Both the position numbers and the translations under genes were made by a program. A model generated the notes under the pieces. It searched no databases. It saw nothing but the letters and a program-made list of their open reading frames with translations, and was not told the DNA's origin. A stretch of 64,000 bases of DNA from Octopus sinensis (Eukaryota), in contig NC_042998.1 of the NCBI RefSeq assembly GCF_006345805.1, positions 93,248,001 through 93,312,000 on the forward strand, in the 5' to 3' direction. This document shows, piece by piece, positions 25,985-37,029 of this stretch (position 1 is the stretch's first letter; every line of letters begins with the position of its first letter).

Positions 25985-26578
25985 GATCTGTAGTAGAGGC
26001 GTAGGTAGAAACTCTATAAGATGTACCCAGTGTAAGCTATGGACACATAAGAGTTGCAGCAACATCAAAAGAAAATTAACCAAGAAGACAGCTTATATAA
26101 GGAAAATAAGACTAGGTAGAAAATGCTAAAATAATTTTATCATTTTCTTCCTTGACTTATTTTCCTTATACATATCAACTCGTGTGTTCCTTTTCAACCG
26201 CCTACATATATATATATGCATATAGGGTCCTCCGATCCCTTATTGGTGAGCGATGTGGAAACTGGGGATTGACGAATGTTTAATAAGAGCTGTACAGGCT
26301 GTGTGCAGAGATGCCGTTAGTAAGGTTAGGATTAGCAATGAGTATAGTGAAGATTTCCGGGTAGAAGTAGGGGTCCACCAAGGTTCAGTCCTCAGTCCCC
26401 TTTTATTCATCATAGTCCTCCAGGCAATAACAGAAGAATTCAAGACAGGTTGTAAAGTTCTTGTAAGTAAGAAGGCGAACCCATCACACAACCTCTGCTC
26501 AATCTGTAGTAAAGGTGTAGGTAGAAATTCCATAAGATGTACCCAGTGTAAGCTATGGACACATAAGAGGTGCAGAAT
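25985..26578 (+). mobile_element. Two RTE fragments (PHD piece; RT piece with deletions fused to PHD)
   Basis: ORFs 25923-26129 and 26253-26609 (GVHQGSVLSPLLF, CSICSKGVGRNSIRCTQCKLWTHKRC). Confidence 0.85.
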
Positions 26579-27280
26579 TTACCAATACTTCATAAGGACC
26601 CCAAATTAAAGGAAATTCTAAACATACACCAAATCATTAAAAGCTACAAACAACCTAAATCACTTAAAAAGATTTTCACAAAGGCAAAATTGTTTTCTGA
26701 AATTACGGATGCAAAAGTAAAAAAATGTGGTAGACCGAACTGTGCAACATGTCCAAACTTGCTAGAGGATCAGAATTCCTCTTCAAAGAGGGACAGAAAT
26801 TCAAGATCAAATCTAATTTTACTTGTGCCTCTGAAAACATAATTTATGTCATAAGATGCTCGGGCTGCCACCAAAATTACGTGGGATCCACGGGACTATC
26901 ACTCAGACGTAGATGCACACTGCATCGACAACAGATTGCATTCCGAGCACATTGAGAAATGCGCATAGCAACTACTACCACAATTTTTAATCTTTCCATT
27001 TTACCAATGTGCTATCGGAACACCAACACAAATTAGACTAAACAAGGGAACATTCTTCATTGAAAAATACAAGCCCAAACTTAACCATTCCAACATTCTT
27101 ATACAGAGAAACTCACCCCCAAAAAAAGGCAAGAAATATTAAGTGATTATCTCCCTTACACCAGAAAAATCACTTATTACCTCCCCTTATCTGGAACTCT
27201 TCTTTACACTTCTCAACGAAAACATAACGATGTAAGGAATTTGAAAAGCTGAACGCAAAACCGGTCATTTCTTCAAAAAC
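26577..27280 (+). pseudogene. Penelope-like element 3' part: frameshifted GIY-YIG endonuclease and start of the pseudo-LTR
   Basis: KCGRPNCATC..FTCASENIIYVIRCSGCHQNYVGST..LRRR..LHRQQI, then FLIFPFYQ..IRLNKGTFFIEKYKPKLN. Confidence 0.9.
27234..27273 (+). ncRNA. Decayed hammerhead motif in the PLE pseudo-LTR
   Basis: AAGGAAT-TTGAAAA-GCtgaacGC-AAAA-CCGG-TC-ATTTCTT: 7-bp stem I, palindromic ACCGGT and GUC triplet, but both core motifs mutated. Confidence 0.5.
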
Positions 27281-27282
27281 TA

Positions 27283-28570
27283 CGAGGGGCGTTCAATAAG
27301 TAATGCCCCTGACCCACTTCCCATAGCAGTAGAGCAACGAAACTTGGCACAGTTATTAGTCTTTTTCTAGATAGGAACCACCCAGAGTTACGCATTTCTC
27401 CCATTGTTTGATGCAGCTCTGGAGACCGTTTTTGTAGAAGACCCCAGCTTGGTCCTCCAACCACGATGTGACTTCAGAAATCAAGGCTGCATCATCTGGG
27501 AAACGCTTTCCTTTCAAAAACAACTTCATGGCTGGGAAGAGGTGAAAATTAGAGGGTGCAAGGTCAGGAGAGTAGGGGGATGGGGGAGGAGTTCATAGCC
27601 ACACGCCTGTGCTTCTGATCTGGTGACACATGAGTTGTGGACCGGAGCGTTGTCCTGCAAGAGGAGGATGCCTTTGCTGATCTTGCCCACCTCTTGATTT
27701 TGATAGCTTCTCTTAATTTCCTCAAAAGTGAAGCATAATAGACTCCTGTAATTGTGGTACCCTTTGCCAGGAAATCTGTCATCACTACTCCGTCCTGGTC
27801 CCAGAAGACTGAGCATGACCTTGCCAGCGGAGGGCTGCACCCTTGCCTTCTTTGTAGGAGGTGAGTCACGGTGCTTCTACTGCATTGACTGGGCTTTGGT
27901 CTCTGGATCATAGTGATGGACCCAGGTTTCATCCTGTGTAATCAGTCTTTTGAAAAATTTTGACTCATCTTCTTGGCACATCTCCAAATTCATCCTCGAG
28001 CACTCGACGCGTTCTTGCTTCTGGAAAGGTGTGAGCAACCTGGGAATCCATCTGGCAGACACCTTTTGCATATGCAAATGGTCATGAATGATAGTTTCCA
28101 CAGACCGGTACTAATCTTGACCTCATGGGCTATTTGGCGAATAGTTATGCGTCGATCTTCCAAAATGGCAGCCTCAACTTGACGGACAGATGCCTCATCA
28201 ATGGCAGAAGGGGGACGACCAGATCTGGGAGCTGTTTCCACAGAGTTCCGACCATGTTTGAATTCACGATGCCAGCGTTTTACAAGGTCATATGATGGGG
28301 CATCATCACCATAAGTTACTTTCATTTCATCAAAAGTCTCCCGTGGTGTGCGTCCTTTCAAATACAAAAACCGGATCACTGCTCGACACTCAACGGGCTC
28401 CATTTCACACTTGACTCGGTTCAAACACCTGTAAATCTGAAACCACAATTAGTTCAGAGCTGTAATTTTCCACTTAATCTATAGAGATATAAATAATTGC
28501 ACATGCAAACTTTCAGCTAGATCAAACAACTGCAAGTGGGTCAGAGGCATTACTTATTGAACGCCCCTCG
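27283..28570 (-). mobile_element. Full-length (1288 bp) mariner transposon inserted in the PLE pseudo-LTR
   Basis: TA|CGAGGGGCGTTCAATAAGTAATGCC(C/T)CTGACCCACTT 37-bp TIRs with 1 mismatch; TA TSD at 27281-27282 and 28571-28572. Confidence 0.97.
27356..28403 (-). pseudogene. Mariner DDD transposase, frameshifted
   Basis: MEPVECRAVIRF..PRSGRP..WIPRLL..ITQDETWVHHYDPET..LLLQDNAP..HPP, spread over several frames with a stop. Confidence 0.95.
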
Positions 28571-28964
28571 TATGTCATTGTATGAAAAAAATTTATAACA
28601 TTCTTCTGACATAATGACTCAAATATATATTTTTTAACCTTTTAAAACAAGCCTTCTGTAGTTTTTTCACTTTTTACTATTTTCTATATATTCAACTACG
28701 TGCTTTCACACACCAACTTTCTCACCTATATATATATATATACATATGTATACCATGTGGTAAGGTTTTGACAGATAGTATAGCACTCAACCAGTTAAGA
28801 GAGTAAAGATATTGCTATAATAAAAACTACAAAAACTTGTGAATTCAATTAATATTTTGCCCAGGAAACACTGAGTAGCTGTATTTCATGAGGCTTTTTG
28901 TGGGTTTTGTAATAATAATGATAATGACAAAATAATATAGAAATACACACACACATATATACGT

Positions 28965-29205
28965 GAACAACCAGACTATCAGCTGTTGTTACACATCACT
29001 GGTCAAAGTGCATTTTTTGCATTGTTTGAGCCTTTGAACGACACCACCCTGCTGGCTAGGTGAGCAGGCCAACAAATCTCCTGATTGAAGAGGGACTGAA
29101 TCAATGTGAAATGAAGTGTTTTGCTCAAGAACACAATGCAGCGCCCAGTCAGAGAAGCGAATCCACGATCTAGCAATGATAAGAGCAACAGCCTGACTAC
29201 TAGGT
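28965..29205 (-). mobile_element. tRNA-derived SINE, family C (TTGAGCAAAACACTTCATTTCAC core); other pieces at about 53415-53530, 54110-54175, 59693-59805, 60195-60320
   Basis: tRNA-like head on -, shared core and GCATTGTGACCAG tail. Confidence 0.65.
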
Positions 29206-29755
29206 CAATATTGATGCAAGACCAATTTCAGTTCATTTTACCAATTGATTTCATATAAAAGAATTTAGGTAAAACCCCATTTCTTGAACTTATCAGAAGG
29301 TTGTAGGTAGTGTATCATGATATCTCTTTTATAAATTGCATACACACACACACACACACACGCGCGCATACACACACACACATATATATATACTTTTTTA
29401 CTTGTTTCAATCATTTGACTGCAGCCATGCTGGAGCACCAAAGCCTTGTGAGTGGATTTGGTAGATTGAATCTGAAAGAAGCCCATCGTATATATGTATA
29501 TATATATGTATATATATATATATATGTATGTATGTGTGTATATGTTTGTATCTGTGTGTTCCCCACCAACATCACTTGACAACCGATGCTGGTGTGTTTA
29601 CGTCTCCGTAACTTAGCGGTTCAGCAAAAAAGACTGGTAGAATAAGTACTTACAAAGAATAAGTCCTGGGGTTGATTTGCTTGACTAAAGGTGGTGCTCC
29701 AGCATGGCTGCAGTCAAATGACTGAAACAAGTAAAAGAGTAAAAGAGAGTAAAGA

Positions 29756-29789
<34 letters not shown>

Positions 29790-29804
29790 TTACTCTTTTT
29801 ATTC

Positions 29805-29965
29805 TCTCTCTGTTTATTTCCTGATGTTCCTTTCTGTTGAAGAGCATAGGATCAAAACATAAAAGACTTTCTCACCTTCCTTGGCATCAAACGGATACAT
29901 CTGCTTGTTGTTCATACACCTGTCTTTGTCTTTTGCTTTTCAGCAAATTTCGACTATGTATGAAA
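29805..29965 (+). repeat. About 150-bp dispersed repeat with a hammerhead-like CTGTTGA motif (copy 1)
   Basis: Homologous to 36180-36330 and 56655-56790. Confidence 0.75.
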
Positions 29966-30001
29966 GAGGCCTCGATATTATGTAAATAGAGGAATTTATC
30001 A

Positions 30002-30205
30002 GTAATTGTAATATGTGACAATTATTCAGTAGTAATGATAAAACTCCAAGTTTCAGATTTCAGGGTGGAAATCCATGCCACCATCTCTTCAGTTATCTGG
30101 CTATCGGAAGGTTGGATAACTGAAGAGATGGCGGCGTGGATTTTCACCCCAACATCCAAAACTCTGAGTTTTATCATGGCTATTGAATAATTGTCACATA
30201 TTACA

Positions 30206-30210
<5 letters not shown>
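30002..30210. repeat. 209-bp fold-back with a hammerhead-like motif in each arm
   Basis: Arms 30002-30097 and 30115-30210; each reads GATAA-CTGAAGA-stem II-(G/A)AAA-CT..GAG-TT-TTATC outward. Confidence 0.8.
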
Positions 30211-30269
<59 letters not shown>

Positions 30270-30270
<1 letters not shown>

Positions 30271-30583
30271 GATGCTCAGGAGCAATAAACACTGAAAATG
30301 TGAAGAGAACAACTTCCGCCACATTCCAGGGAGAAAAACTAGATGCAGTTGATTGCATCCATTACCTAGGTGACCAAGTCAGTAGTGGAGGCGGGTGTGC
30401 TGAAAGTGTAACTGCTAGAATAAGAATAGCTTGGGCAAAGTTTAGAGAGCTCTTAATTCTGCTGGTGACAAAGGGACTCTCGCTCAGAGTAAAAGGCAGC
30501 TATCTTCATCCATTCTCACCACATGACCATACCAGCACAATCATCTCTCTTGCACACCACATCTGATGCTTCTTAGATCCAAC
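30270..30583. mobile_element. RTE fragment with an internal inversion at 30497-30499
   Basis: + strand RTE up to AAAGGCAG, then the reverse complement of a downstream RTE segment (the RLHWYGHV region). Confidence 0.8.
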
Positions 30584-30855
30584 TAAAATCAGAAACCAAT
30601 TGGTCCAGGAAACTTGATGGTAACATGTTTTTACTTTTCATTTCAATCCTGTTGAATTTTTTTCCTAAATTTTGTGGGTATAGAACCTAGCTGTTCTTTC
30701 AAACGTGTTGAATCCCACGAGTGGATTCCTTATTTGTTTAAATGTACACTATATATTATGACTAATACATAGTCTTTTTAGACTAAATTTTTACACGCTA
30801 GGCCACTGGAAGTGAAAATTTAAATTAATTTTCCATTTCCCTTTGATATGTTTAA

Positions 30856-30901
<46 letters not shown>

Positions 30902-30902
30902 T

Positions 30903-30943
<41 letters not shown>

Positions 30944-31289
30944 TGTGTGTGTATATGTTTGTGTGTCTGTGTCGCCCCAACATCGCTTGACAACCGATGC
31001 TGGTGTGTTTACATAACCGTAACTTAGCGGTTTGGCAAAAGGGACTGATAGAATAAGTACTAGGCTGACAAAGAATAAGACCTGGGGTCGATTTGCTCGA
31101 CTAAAGGTGGTGCTCCAGCATGGTCGCAGTCAAATGACTGAAAATAGTAAAAGAGTAAAAGAGAGAGTACAGAGTATATATACATATACATACACACATG
31201 CACACATGCATGCACACACACATGCATGCACACACACACACACACTTACACACATATATATATACATACATATATTCTTTTTATTGTTT

Positions 31290-31493
31290 TACTCTTATAT
31301 TTGTTTCAGTCATTTGACTGTAGCCATGCTGGAGCACTGCCTTTTAATCGTACAAATTGACCCCAGGACTTATTCTTTGTAAGCCTAGTACTTATTCTAT
31401 CGGTCTCTTTTGCTGAACCACTATGTTATGGGGACATAAACACACCAGCATTGGTTGCCAAGCGATGTTGAGGGGACAAATACAGGCACACAA

Positions 31494-31532
<39 letters not shown>

Positions 31533-31707
31533 CAACAGGCTTCTTTCAGTTTCCGTCTACCAAATCCACTTGCAAGGCTTTGGTTGGCCCAATGCTATAG
31601 TAGAAGACACTTGCCAAAGGTGCCACACAGTAGGATTGAACCCAGAACCATGTGGTTGGTAAGCAAGCTACTTACCACACTGGTACTCCTGTGCCCCACA
31701 GCCACTC

Positions 31708-31710
<3 letters not shown>
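31290..31710 (-). mobile_element. SINE family B
   Basis: Tail, microsatellite, core and head on -. Confidence 0.85.
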
Positions 31711-31746
<36 letters not shown>

Positions 31747-32157
31747 CAAAATAAGCAAAAGAATAACTCCGGTAATTTGGTATATATATATTATGTTATC
31801 TCTCTATCATACTTTAACCGTTCATCACCTGGAGTCTTGTCTTGAAAGTTATCTGGTGACCTCACTGGTGTTGGTGCTATGTAATAAGCACTCTGTAAAG
31901 TGGTTTGCATTTGGAAGGGTATCCAGCCATAGAAATCATGCCAATGCAGACAGTAGAGCTTGGCACAGTCTTCTGACTTGCCAGTTCCTGTTAAACTGTC
32001 CAACAATCCATGCAAACATGGAAAGCAGATGTTTAATGATGATGATGACAATGTATATATGTATGTATGTGTGGGCGTGTGTGTGTGTGTATGCGTGTGT
32101 GTGTGTGTGTGTGTGTGTCTGTCTGTCTGTCTATTTACCTATTTGTCTATCTGTCTG

Positions 32158-32198
<41 letters not shown>

Positions 32199-32219
32199 AT
32201 CTATCTATCTATCTATCTA

Positions 32220-32260
<41 letters not shown>

Positions 32261-32261
32261 A

Positions 32262-32506
32262 TAATATTAGGGAGTAAATCCAACTTACAGGGAAAAATTA
32301 GATTTAAGATTAAATCTAATTTTATAGTATAAATATATATATTAAATTAGAGATAAAACCACTATTAGGCAAATCAAACAGTGAAAATCATAAACCAATA
32401 CATAGAAATTTTATATTTTATATTTCTTATTAATTAATTTTTTTCTATGTATTGGTTTATGATTTTCACTGTTTGATTTGCCTAATAGTGGTTTTATCTC
32501 TAATTT

Positions 32507-32508
<2 letters not shown>
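32262..32508. repeat. Short fold-back of the same family as 2917-6999
   Basis: 32262-32408 is homologous to 2925-3075; perfect 67-bp arms 32342-32408 and 32442-32508. Confidence 0.85.
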
Positions 32509-32542
<34 letters not shown>

Positions 32543-32573
32543 CATGCTAGCATGGAGAACGGACGTTAAACGA

Positions 32574-32633
<60 letters not shown>

Positions 32634-32654
32634 GATATATATATATATATATAT

Positions 32655-32713
<59 letters not shown>

Positions 32714-32829
32714 TATACATGCATGTATTCATATATACATATCATTTTCTTTTAATGCCTGTTGGGCCTCATGGAGGCATAAATTTAACTTTATGCCAGT
32801 TGAGCATGTTGAGCATGTTGTGCTTGAGA

Positions 32830-33085
32830 AGGAGACCCATCAAACTGAGCAAAATCACAGTTGTGGTAGATGCTGGTGTCATGCAAATTGCACCTGTGCC
32901 GATGGCACGTAGAAACACTCATCACACTCTCAGAGTGGTTGGCATTAGAAAGGGCCTCCAGCTGTGGAAATCCATGCCAAATCAGACTGGAGTCTGGGAC
33001 AGCCTTCCAGTGTGCCAACCCACTGAAACCGTCCAACCCATGCCAGCATGAGCAATGCACGTTAAATGATGATGATGATGATAAT
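32830..33085 (+). mobile_element. RTE 3' tail (similar tails at about 31800-32045, 33790-33990, 35525-35775, 61620-61860)
   Basis: GGCATTAGAAAGGGC..CCAACCCATGCCAGCATG..(GAT)n. Confidence 0.8.
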
Positions 33086-33104
33086 GATGCATGTGTTGGA
33101 CTTA

Positions 33105-33147
<43 letters not shown>

Positions 33148-33735
33148 TATGCAATTTTATCTGCTGTATTTGTTTTGTTTGCCTGTAATTGAAAAGACAT
33201 GCTTATTTTTAGGTCTTTGTTACATTTAAGTAATAATTGGGCATTCATTTTAGATAGAATATCAAATTGCATTTTAATAGTAATCTGGAAGGAATCTTAA
33301 AGAATACTCGCTCTCTCCAAACAGCATCGATGTAGTTAATAGAAATCATCTGTCAAATTTTGTGTGGTAAGTATAAAAAAAAAAGAACGTGTGGGGAGAA
33401 AGAGATTGTCAAGGGAAACAACTCTTGCTGATAAAACTGTTAAAACGTGAAATTTTCATGGAGAGATTTATTTGTTTACTGGTTTGTTTACTTATTTATT
33501 TTTGATGGTCACGTGATACAACAAAACACTTAATGTTTGCTCATCTTGCTTTTCTTTAATCTATTATAGTCATTGTCGATATTTTTCATTGCGTTTTGCT
33601 GCTTTTTTATGGCAATATTCATTATTGCTTGTAAATTGCTCAAGACAAATTGTCTGATGGATATTTATACAGCAATATCACCAATACCACCACCACCACC
33701 ACTATCACCACCATCACATTACCATCATCATCATC

Positions 33736-33767
<32 letters not shown>

Positions 33768-34164
33768 CATCGTCATCATCATCACCATCATCTTTTAGTG
33801 TCTGTCTTCCCTGCTTGTGTAGGCTGGTTGGTTAGATGTGATGCAACAAGTCAGAGGACTGCATCATGTCCCAGTGCCTGTTTTAACATGGAATCTTCAG
33901 TTGGATGCCCTTCCTAATGCTAACCATTTCACAGATTGTGCTAAGTACATTTTTTTTTGTGGCACCAACACTAGTGAGGTTGCCATGTAACTTGCAAGAA
34001 TAAGATCTCTTTTGATTGAATGAGGTTACAGTCAAGAGGGAAGCATGCTTCTATGGAATTGTAGTATTCCATGAGAAATAGTGATTAAATATGCAAGTTA
34101 TATGCAAATGTATTTTTGAGTTATTTTTGCATTGTATTCAATATTTGTAATTTTTATAAATATG

Positions 34165-34535
34165 CACAGGAGTGGCTGTGTGGTAAGAAGCTTGCTTCCC
34201 AACCACATGGTTCTCGGTTCAGTCCTACTGCGTGGCACCTTGGGCAAGTGTCTTCTGCTATAGCCATGGGCCGACCAAAGCTTTGTGAGTGGATTTGGTA
34301 GAGGGAAACTGAAAGAAGCCCATCGTATATATATCTATATGTATATATGTATGTATGTGTTGACAATAGATGCTGGTGTGTCTACATACCCGTCACTTAG
34401 CATTTCGGCAAAAAGAGACCGATAGAATAAGTACTCGGCTTACAAAGAATAAGTCCTGGGTGTGATTTTATTCGACTAAAGGTGTTGCTCCAGCATGACC
34501 ACAGTCAAATGACTGAAACAAGTAAAAGAGTAAAA
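34165..34535 (+). mobile_element. SINE family B, full length
   Basis: GCACAGGAGTGGCTGTGTGGTAAG...GACTGAAACAAGTAAAAGAG. Confidence 0.88.
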
Positions 34536-34695
34536 GCGTAGAGTGAGTATGCATGGTACAAGATAGCACATCAAAAAGTAATTCAGGTTTCATAGCATGG
34601 TATAAATACAGAAATAAATTTACACACAGGGAAAAGAACTCTGCCCTTTGTTTGCAAGTGTCATTGTGTTATTTTGACTGAAAAACTTGGCTACT

Positions 34696-35057
34696 AATTG
34701 CTGTACAGATGTGAAATGATATGACTTCAACTTTAGAGTTTCCAAAACCTGTTGGCATGAACTCCTGCTTTTGTGAAACTGCTGTGCCAGCTCACGTGTT
34801 GACTTCTTTGGACATCAACTAATCCTTTGGAAAATATCCTGAATAACTTCTGGTGTTCAAACTGTATGGACTCTTTGCTTTGGGGCATTTTCCACTGACT
34901 ACCTTGTACACCACTTCTTAACCAGCATTTGTATCACTTTTGCTGATGGTAAGTCTTTACTCAGAGACTCACCTCCAAAAATTTCATGCTTTTGCTTAAC
35001 AGAACCTGTTCCCATACATGCTTCCACAATCTTCCCTCTTTTTACAATTTAGTACAT
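34696..35057 (-). pseudogene. Tc1/mariner-superfamily transposase N-terminal HTH remnant (DUF4817-like; not in ORF track)
   Basis: One frame with 4 stops: MY*..LPSAKVIQMLVKKW..SV..TV*TPEVIQ..PKKSTRELAQQFHKSRSSCQQVLETLKLKSYHFTSVQQL. Confidence 0.75.
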
Positions 35058-36179
35058 CATCTTTCAGAAAAGGGCTAGAGATGTTCACTCAATGCAGTCT
35101 TACAGTCAACTAATGTGGTGAGGATACAGTGAGGATAACATAGCAAGTAGTCAACTAATGCACCATCTTTGTTCGCCAGTTACAAATGGTTGAAACAATG
35201 CAATGACACCTGCAATTGAAAGACTGGGTACTTTTTCATGTATTTCTGTATTTACACTATACTACAAAACCTGGGCTACTTTTTAGTTCATTACCCTATA
35301 TAATCCTTAATGTAGAGAACTCTTGGCATTTTTAGGTAGGAAGGGAACCTTAAGGAAAAAAAAAAATTATTTCTTTAGTGTGAAATGATGAGGATTTTGG
35401 TATATGCAAGGTCACAATCAGGATGAAATTCCTTAAACATTTTTTGTGGACAGATTTGGAAGTGTCAAGTCTTTCAAAGACAGTTTTATGATGTGTTTAA
35501 TCTCAAATGAAATTTAACTTTATGTCAGTGGCACGTAAAAAGCACCATCCGAACATGGCCGATGCCAGCACTGCCTTGACTTGCTTCCATGCAGGTGGCA
35601 TGTAAAAAGCACCCACTACACTCACGGAGTGGTTGGCATTAGGAAGGGCATCCAGCTGTAGAAACACTGCTAGATCAGACTGCAGCCAGTGCAGCCTCTT
35701 GGCTTCCCAGATACTGGTCGAACTGTCCAACCCATGCCAGCATGGAAAACAGATGTTAAATGATGATGATGATGAAAGAGAAAGTAAAATATTAGTAAAG
35801 ATATCTTTATCATTTTATCTTATACTTGTTTCAGTCATTAGATTGTGGCCATGCTGGGACATCACTTTGATGAATGTTAGTTAAATGAATCATCTCCAGC
35901 ATTTCTTTTGAAGCTAGGTACTTATTCTACCAGTTGCTTTTGCTAAACTGCTAAATCACGAGGACATAAACACACCAACACCCATTGACTAGTGGTAGTG
36001 AAGGAGAAACACACAAATGTACACACACATAAACATACATGTATGTATGTGTGTGTGTGTGAGTGTGTGTGTGAGTGTGTGTGTGTGTGTGTATACACAT
36101 ACATATATTTATAATAAGGGTGGCTTATTTGCAATTAACAACTGAAAGGCAGGCCTTCTATATATGCATATATATATAT

Positions 36180-36330
36180 CTGTTTATTTCCTTGTGTTCC
36201 TTTCTGTTGAAAACTGTAGGCTTGAAACGTAAAAGACTTTCTCACCTTCCCGAGCGTCAAAGTAATACACCTGCTTGTTGTTCATGCACCTGTCTTTGTC
36301 TTTTGCTTTTCTATAAATTTGAACTATATA
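36180..36330 (+). repeat. About 150-bp dispersed repeat with a hammerhead-like CTGTTGA motif (copy 2)
   Basis: CTTT-CTGTTGA-A-AACTgtagGCTT-GAAA-CGT-A-AAAG at 36200-36235. Confidence 0.75.
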
Positions 36331-36588
36331 TATAATTAAATAAGGGTAGAAATTGATATTAATCAATTAAAACCAGTGGCCTAGCATATTTAAAAAATCC
36401 AAAGATTAAAAGTTTTTTTACATACATTGTTTTTTATTTCGTATATTTTCATTTCTCTCGCTTATTTTTACGCTTTGGTTTTTTACTGAATTTTTTCTTG
36501 AGAACACATTCTCTGTGGAAAATGGCGATTTTGACGTCTATATCTAGCATACAGGCTGTCCTCTTTTAGTGGTCCATCCTCTAAATTT

Positions 36589-36666
<78 letters not shown>

Positions 36667-36682
36667 CATACATATATATGAT

Positions 36683-36900
36683 TGCAGCATGGAAGATGTT
36701 TGTAAATGGCTTACGAACACACAAAAACCATTAGTTTCACTTCAACATTTAAATTTAATTTGAGTCAAAATATTTTCAGTGCTTTGAAACCACTTCCAAA
36801 GTGATGAAAATATTTTGACACAAATTAAATTTAAATGTTGAAGTGAAACTAACGGTTTTTGTGTGTTTGTAAATGGCTTACAAACATCTTCCATGCTGCA
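36683..36900. repeat. 218-bp fold-back with a flipped internal mini-loop
   Basis: Arms of about 96 bp are near-perfect reverse complements except for the ATGGC loop; no TSD seen. Confidence 0.88.
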
Positions 36901-36964
36901 GTTTGTTTTTGTTTCAACTCACAATCTCAGATCAAGTTACTTGCTATGAAAGTACATCTCCATA

Positions 36965-37027
<63 letters not shown>

Positions 37028-37029
37028 AG

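Noticed and set aside
33318-33368. Candidate micro-exon (CAG|CATCGATG...TGTG|GTAAGT) and a hydrophobic ORF at 33573
   Set aside because: Good splice-like sites but the peptide is unrecognisable and has no partner exons.
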